From positions 87,978,001 to 88,042,000 of the forward strand of contig NC_043005.1 in NCBI RefSeq assembly GCF_006345805.1: a stretch of DNA of 64,000 nt. The letters are read 5' to 3'. The position numbers were made by a program, and so were the translations under genes. This document shows positions 56,011-64,000 of this stretch, in pieces. Below the pieces are notes generated by a model, which was not told the DNA's origin, searched no databases, and was given only the letters and a program-made list of their open reading frames with translations. The DNA comes from Octopus sinensis. Its lineage: Eukaryota. Position 1 is the stretch's first letter. The number at the start of each line of letters is the position of its first letter.

Positions 56011-56656
56011 TAGCAACAGCAAAACCAGGCGCTCCGAAGCAGGAACTACAGCAAACTAGGTACTCCAAAGCAGGAATTTCAGCAAACCAGGTACAGAAAC
56101 AATATTTTGGTGGTGAGATACGCCCACCAACAATTTTAACTCACTAAAAAGTGAGTAGAAGACTCACCATAGGCAGAAAAATATGTTGAGTTCAGTAGGG
56201 ATTTATTAAAAATAACAACAAATCCCCACCGAAATCAAAAAAAGTCCTACCTGTAGCGAGTCTCTTTTTTCCCTCTTATTCACGCAGTTCAAAGCGACTT
56301 TACAACTGTAAATTGTTAGCAACATCAAAACCAGGCACTCCGAAGCAGGAAATACAGCAAAGCAGGTACTCCAAGGCAAGAATTACAGCACAGGAATAAT
56401 ATTTTGGTTGCGAGATACGCTCACCAAAACTCACAAATTTTTTGTTGACGAGATAGACCCACCAGAAACAAAAATTTAACTCACTAAAAAGTGAGTACAA
56501 CTAGACTCACCACAGGCAGACAAAAATGTTTAGAGTTCAGCAGGTATTTATTAAAAATAACACAACAATAAATCCCTACCGAACTAAAAAGAAAACAAAA
56601 AGTCTTACCTGTAGCCAGTCTCTTTTATTTCTCTTATTCACGCAGCTCAAAGCGAC
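56011..56656. repeat. Diverged tandem duplication (56011-56298 and 56317-56656) with internal ~30-bp subrepeats
   Basis: Both units start tagcaaca.caaaaccaggc.ctccgaagcagg and end ctcttattcacgcag.tcaaagcgac. Confidence 0.85.
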
Positions 56657-57102
56657 GTGACATTCAAAGTAAGCAGTAGCCGACAACTGACGGCGCATGC
56701 GTCAAGAGTAAGCAAGCTACTTTATTTCATTATATTTGCCATAAAGGCAGTACATAGAGTAAAGTAGCTTTGCAGGCTGGACAAGGACATTAATGAAGTG
56801 GATGATAATGAAACGAAGACAGAAAGCGCCCGCCGACTTTTGCTTCTCTAAAACATTGTTTCTTAGGAAAATACAAATAATGCAGGAGCCAGTCCTGATT
56901 TGATTAGACTTGAAGGTACATAATACTAGCAGGGTCCAGTATGTGTACAAATGGTCCTAATACCATGAAACGTGATTCTTAGGTATGCTTAGGTATGGAT
57001 TAACTAATTATGAGATAATCAACTTGTGTAAATAATTAATTTAATTAGACGTTAAGAACCAGTGATGATTTACATTGACTATTACTCCTTAAACACAAGT
57101 GA

Positions 57103-57170
57103 TACTTAAGCACAGAGAGGACGCGTTTTTGTTCTCGCGAGAAAAAATGCGTCCTCTCTGTGCTAAAGTA
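57103..57170. repeat. 68-bp near-perfect palindrome centred on TCTCGCGAGA
   Basis: agcacagagaggacgc pairs with gcgtcctctctgtgct; centre between 57137 and 57138. Confidence 0.92.
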
Positions 57171-57194
57171 AGCGAGAGTTACTTACCACACGGT

Positions 57195-57435
57195 CACTCC
57201 TGAGTGAATTTGATAGTCGGAAACTGAGAGAAGCCTGTCGTTGATATATTGATATATATATATATATATACGACAGGTTTCTCTCAGTTTCCGCCTACCA
57301 AATTCACTCGCAAGTCTTTTGTCGTCCCAAGACTATAGTAGAAAACACTTACCCATGGTGTCAGGCAGTGGGACTGAACCCGGATCCATGTGGCTGGCAT
57401 GCAAACTTCTTACTACACAGTAACACCTGCGCCTA
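57195..57435. mobile_element. Family-b SINE 5' fragments in inverted orientation around (TA)n
   Basis: gtgaatttgatagtcggaaactgagagaagcctgtcg on the left, with its reverse complement from ~57270. Confidence 0.8.
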
Positions 57436-58881
57436 TCCATTTACAATCCTGTGTTGAATCTTACCCAGGGACAACGTGGAGGTTGATAAAGTAGAAACCC
57501 ATGAATCGAATAATTCTTTGTTTCAGCTGTTTTATTTCTTCGAATTTAAACACCGAAAGAAGATAAACCGGCATTGAAGAGGGTGGGAGGATGGGATTTG
57601 AATTGAGAAAGCAACGGGCTGTAACTAAATATTGGGAATGGAATCTTGTGAAAGACTTTTGTACAGATCCATTTCATGTCTGATGGTATTTTAAGAAAAA
57701 GACAAAATCACAGACTTTAAATGAGAGTGGTGGTGGTGGTGGTGGTGACAACCACGACGACAACGGTAACGAAGTTGATGATGATGATGGTAATGATGAC
57801 GATGATGATGATAATACTGAAGTCTAGTAAAACGATGATAATCTCATTTATCATCATCATCACCATCATCATCGTCATCAACAGTACCAATGGCAACCAC
57901 GAAATCTCTATCGCCATCATCATCACTATCATGAGCGCCATATTGTTCATTCTTTACTCCTCTTTCTCTCCCACCCATTCTCTCTCTCTCTCTCTCTCTC
58001 TCACCCATTCTCTCTCCTTCTCTCCCTCTCCCTCTTCAATTTAGATTTTTAATAAAACTCCCCCGAAACCAGATCGTTACCAAGAAGAATTCTTCGCTGT
58101 TGAGTGAAGGGTTTATACAACTGAACAATTTCACAAAAATATTATTAAATGTCAAAAATAACACAGCCACCATTTTCTGTTTCTCTTCGCGTCTCCCTTT
58201 CTTCGGATTATTATTCCTCGTTTATTCATTTCTTCGTGTTTCTTCCTTCGTTTTAGTGTTTGTTTATTTCTTCTTGAGCAATTTTTCTTTTCTTCCTTTT
58301 TTTACATCTAAAATTTGGCAAACGCTTCCAGTGTATTGGCGTTCTCAATTTTTAGCTGTATTTTGGTGTTTTTTCGCCCCTTAGAATTCTGCATATATAT
58401 TTTTGTTTTATGTTTTTTAATACATGCTGTTTTTTTTAATCTTTTATTATAATGCGGAAATTTCCAAAGAAATTAAATGCAACAAAACCCATACCATTTT
58501 ATTTTTTAAATATATTTTTTTATTGTTTCGCTTCGCATTATTTTTGGGCACTATTTTTTCAAGTTTCACACATACGTGCATGTATATATGTATGTATATA
58601 TATATATGTATTTATATATATATATAAATATATGCATACATACATGCATACATGCATACATACATACATACATACATACACACACGCATATACATCCATA
58701 TATATATACATATTTATGCATATACACATGTATACATACATGCGAACACACATACGTATTCATCCATAAACCTACATATAATATAATTATAAATACATAT
58801 ATGAACATGATTATGCATGTATATATATGTATATATATATTGATGTATATATATATATGTATATATATATAAAAATATGAA

Positions 58882-58928
<47 letters not shown>

Positions 58929-59254
58929 CATATATATATACATCCCTATATATATATATTAATTATTTTATATGCAGGTTTATTAATTTTATATATTTAT
59001 TTATAGGTTTTCATTATTAATCCGCCACTGTTACGTAATTGATGGCAGCGTTTTCGGCTTCTTTGTTTTTATTTTCTATTTATTTTGTTTTTTGCTGTTC
59101 AAAGTTCTTTCGTTGCTCTCGAAGCTCAGATTTTGTCTAAAGCTGTGTGCGGAAAGAAGATGTTGGTGGGGGGGACCATGGAAGGAGACAGCGGGTAAGA
59201 GGGAAGATGAGGACGGTGATGATGTTCATCATGAGGAGGAAGAGGAGGAAAAGG

Positions 59255-59645
59255 AGGAGGTAGTGGTGGTGATGATGATGATGATGATGATGTTGATGAC
59301 GTTCAAGATAACGATGAGATCACGAAGGTGATGATGATGATGATGATGATGATGATGAGTATGATGATGATGATGATGATGAAGGGAAAGAATTTTTGGT
59401 AAATTCCACCGCGGAACCGTCAATAAAACGCTCGTACGTTATTATAATTGTTGCCTGGTGGCTGTTTGGCAGTAAAGATTTTACGCAGCTGTTTTCCTTC
59501 CTCAGGTTCAATATTAGAAAACTGACGTGTTGTAGTAGTTTGTCATAGTGATGATCATGATCATGATGATGATGATAAGTGGAAGGCGAGAAGTAGGAAG
59601 GATTGGAGGAGGATAAACTACACCATGTGAAATTATTATTATTAA

Positions 59646-59696
<51 letters not shown>

Positions 59697-59905
59697 TATT
59701 GTTGTTGTTGTTGTTGTTGTTATTATTATCATTATCATCATTATCATTAACATTATCATCATCATCATCATTATCATTATCATTATTATCATTATCATTA
59801 TCATTATTGTTATTGTCATTATTAATATTATTGTTCTTGTTATTATTATTATTATTATTGTTGTTGTTGTTGTTGTTGTTATTATTATTATTATTTTTAT
59901 TATTA

Positions 59906-59955
<50 letters not shown>

Positions 59956-60350
59956 CAATGAAATGGAATACAAAAGCAAAATGAGTACTGGAGGCAAAAA
60001 ACTGCTGATAAATTGCAGTTCTTCAGTTGGATGTCAATACCTACAACGATGATGATGACGATGATGATGACAATGATGACGATGATGATAACGATGATGA
60101 TGACTCTCGTCATCATCATGACGAGGATGATGATCATGATTATGATCATGATGATTATCTCGATTTATCTTCATGATTAACATCGCGAAGATTGTTGATG
60201 ACAATGATTTCGATGATGATGATGAAGAGCAGGAGGAGGCTGAGGATGATGACGATGATGACAATAGAAGAGGAGGCGGAAGCTGTTGGCGGTGATGAAG
60301 AAGATGATGATGGTGACGATGCTTATGATTATCAGGGTAGCGATGACGTC
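59255..60350. repeat. Extended (GAT)n/(ATT)n/(GTT)n trinucleotide mosaic
   Basis: Direct reading. Confidence 0.95.
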
Positions 60351-60735
60351 GACAATTTACATCATCGTCATTGTAGGGAGGGGGGAGTAAACCTTAAGTG
60401 GGGGAGGTAAAGGGGCGTGAACCGAGGAGGAAAAGGAAGAGGAGAGGGAGAAAGACAGAAAGGAGAGAAAGTAGGGGAGAGGGAAGAGGTTAGAAGAGAG
60501 AGAAAATGATGCACTTCTCGCCGCCACCGAAACCCTTCTACGCAATCTATAGCTGTGGAAGGTTAGTAAAACGTGCGATCGACTGACTTTTGAGAAAAGT
60601 AAAAACCACAGAAGCATTTACTGTTTGGAGGAAGAGCACAATGGACAAAATAGAAAAACAATAAGAGACCATATGAATGTGTATGTGTGTGTATACAGAT
60701 ATGCGTGTGTGTGTGTGTGGTGTGTGTGTGTGTGC

Positions 60736-60779
<44 letters not shown>

Positions 60780-61040
60780 CTGTGAGGACCGTTCGGTATT
60801 CATGGCTGCTGGCGCTTAACGATGTGTCCCAAGATCCGATGATGTCATTCATCATTTTTAGCTCGACGTGCCTTAACATATGTTGCCTAGGAGGGAAGTC
60901 TTCCCTCGAGACTATTTCTGCAAGAAAAGCCCCACCCACCCACGTACGAGTGTACGCGAATGTTAAATATCATTGTACATGTATACATACATATATACAT
61001 ACATACACACACACATACATACACATACACACACACACAC

Positions 61041-61110
<70 letters not shown>

Positions 61111-61467
61111 GACAGGCAACAGGTTGCTTAGCCACATACCAAAAAAAATTAGAAATAGCAGTCAAAGACTGTTTATTTCTATTTTCTACAAATGAGACTC
61201 CACATACGACATATCCCTGTAATTCACATATGCAAAACAGATGGAAGATATAACGAAAACAAAGTCTAACGATCATTTACGAACGCGTTTCTAGATTAGG
61301 AATATAATAAAATATAAATTCCATGTATTTATATACAATATATATATTGAACTTTTATAAAAGTTCCTACCGTTACTGGTTATATTTACATGCCGAAATC
61401 TACCAGTAAATAATTGTTGGGTTTTTTTAAACCCATTAAAGATATTATTTACTCTTATTATATATAT

Positions 61468-61555
<88 letters not shown>

Positions 61556-61609
61556 GCGCGTGTCTATGTGCATGTTTATCTGTATGTATAATTGTATGTA
61601 TGTCATGTC

Positions 61610-62468
61610 ACTTATGAGACCCTCACAAGTGCTACTGATAACATGGATTCCAGTACAACCTGTTGAAAGGTCGGATGAGCTTAGTGAAGGCTCAACAGCT
61701 ATCTAGCAATAACACGGGTACGCAAAAGTTTTGGGGTGGTGTCCGGCGTGCAAGAAGACCACTGGGAGTGAGACACACGTCAGTTTCTATTGAAGCATGT
61801 CTCTCGGAGAAGGTCACTCTGATATAAATCCAGATAAGCAGGGAATGGCATTGGACATTTTGGGGACCTTTGGTTTATGCCTGAGATCATGGTGCTCCCA
61901 CATCCCTGAGCCTGCGACTCATATTGTCACCTGACATCTCGCTCTGGCTTGTCTCTGGGTAATGTCAATAGAGTGGAGAGGGTTCATGAGGTGTCATGTA
62001 AGCCTTATTGGACCTAAAACTCTGCACATGCATTGCTGACCTCTGCTCAATATATGCTGCTTTTTTCCCCTCTATATATATACTTATTTTATTTTCAGTA
62101 TATATGTATCTTTATTTTTAGTATATATTTATTCATTTTTAGCATATATTTATTTTATTTTTAACTTGAACATTTCATGTTGGAATGTGCGCACACTGTT
62201 GGATAACAAGAGTGATTGTAGGCCCGAAACAAGCACTGCTCGCGTGCTGAACGGCTATATAGTTGCACTTTCAGGGAAAGCGCACTGCTAGTGTAGTGAA
62301 TGGGGAATGCTTGGTTTGCAATGTTTGCAGTCGTGTATGCTTGTCAAGGGCAGGGCTCATTAGCCACCAACAGAGCCGCAAATGCAGAATATAAGCCAGG
62401 CCTACAGCGCACAATGTTCCTGAAGGACAGCAATGGTCTTCCTTGGTCACGAGTGGACGGCCATCATA
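61610..62468 (+). mobile_element. RTE internal-deletion derivative (putative 5' UTR, endonuclease N-terminus, 3' end)
   Basis: LNISCWNVRTLLDN...RPE....IVALS (62165-62275) joins directly to ~195 bp matching the 3' end of the RTE at 54880-55070 (about 90% by eye). The 5' boundary is uncertain. Confidence 0.8.
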
Positions 62469-63174
62469 TATGCATGCATGTATTCATGTATGTATGTATA
62501 TACGTATGTACATCCACGCACACACAAACACACACACACACATACACTCGTTGAATTCCGTTGAAGAAGGACACAGGAGTGCTCAATGTCTTTTGTAGAG
62601 CATATACTTAATTGAAACTGAAATTTCACACCCCTGAGATCTTCAGGCGAGAAAAACAGGTTTTCAAATTTTTTTAAATTCATAGGAAAATCAACATATA
62701 CCTGTAAAGGTACGTTGAAATGGTTAGTTTTTCAATCACATATCTATATTGAGACAAGTTTTTCCAGGTCTATATTATTCGCACGATATAGAAAATTATT
62801 GTCTTCAAAATTATTGCATTCACCTTTGTCACGCACGCCACACGAGGTGAATGAGAATTGTGACCAGAAACATTGTTGTGCGGAAAACTATTTCGTATAT
62901 TTCTGAAATTCCAAGGTCAATGTAAATAAACACCATGAGGCCTTTTATGCTGGTTTGGAGAAATTTCAGCGGGATTAGCAGTTGAATAGTTTAAGGTGAA
63001 AAAGATTTTTTTCTGAAACGTCATGTATGTCACACTTTTTGATTCTCTTGAAAAATAATTACGTAAAAAAGTTGTTTCATTTAATACTTGCTTGGATACT
63101 CAAACGTTACAGTGAAAACGGAATCGATGAGTCAAGATTTACAGTTTCGATGTTTCATTATTGTGGCTCTGAAA

Positions 63175-63345
63175 AGGCGGCGAACTGGCAGAAATGTTAA
63201 CACGCCGGGCGAAATACTTAGCGGTATTTAGTCTACCGTTACGTTCTGAGTTCAAATTCCATCGAGGTCGACTTTGCCTTTCATCCTTTCGGGGTCGATT
63301 AAATAAGTACCAGTTACGCACTGGGCTCGATCTAATAAACTAGCC
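63175..63345 (+). mobile_element. SINE family a
   Basis: ggcggcgaactggcagaaatgttaacacgccgggcg...gagttcaaattcc...gtcgactttgcc. Confidence 0.92.
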
Positions 63346-63856
63346 TTGTGCCTAAAGTAGAAAAGAATAATTATTGTGCCCCTGGTCGTCACGTGCGACA
63401 TGAGAGAATGACCCTTATTACAATACACTTTTATTTTCTCTTTTTCTTTCCTAAGAACTGTAGATTGACAGAATCTTTAGACATCAGAACAAAATGTATT
63501 ACATTAGTTCTTTTGGCTCTTTATTTTTTTCTGAGTTCAAATCCTACTGAAGTGAACTTTATTCTTTTTTTCATTCCAGGGTCAATGGAACAGAGAACCA
63601 AGCAAGCGCTGAAGCCGATGCGATCGATTATCCCTTATTGTGACTCTCTTCAAGCCATCACAACTTTCTGGCCTTCTGCCTGTGTCACAAAACAATTATG
63701 TTTAACTCCAGATTGCGAAATACCAATTACGGGAAGGAAGGAAACAAAGGATGCCGGGAAAAATATTTCAATTTTTGAAATAATGAAATACTCGAAAACA
63801 AAACATGAGAATTCTAGTTTGAAAAAATGCCACGACGGATATGATTAAAAAATGAC

Positions 63857-64000
<144 letters not shown>

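Noticed and set aside
60790-60925. Open minus-strand frame after a cttttcttgcag acceptor
   Set aside because: No credible donor and an unrecognisable peptide.

Overview
Eukaryotic, very AT-rich, microsatellite-saturated DNA with no confidently identifiable host protein-coding gene. The SINE/LINE repertoire looks cephalopod (octopus-like), which is an inference from recalled repeat families. Nearly all non-microsatellite sequence is mobile-element debris: eight pieces of R4/Dong-type RLE non-LTR retrotransposons (two near full length, all disrupted, mostly set in (AAT)n tracts), Penelope-like element (PLE) remnants (GIY-YIG fragments, pseudo-LTRs, foldbacks), RTE, CR1-like and L1/Tx1-like LINE ends, about 25 tRNA-derived SINE copies, a hAT-type MITE and a Tigger/pogo derivative. 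There is a 100-N scaffold gap at 11999-12098 and a ~1.1 kb tandem duplication at ~17.1-19.3 kb. The most notable hidden signal is a set of minimal type I hammerhead ribozymes in at least four PLE-type sequence families: a fully canonical one at 29055-29097 (-), a sense/antisense pair in a 240-bp inverted repeat, and core variants (CUGUYGA, CCGAUGA). There is also a tentative HDV-like pseudoknot starting exactly at the 5' junction of a Dong element. All alignments and folds were done by eye, boundaries are approximate (about +/-10-30 bp) unless stated, and SINE family labels a-d are working names.
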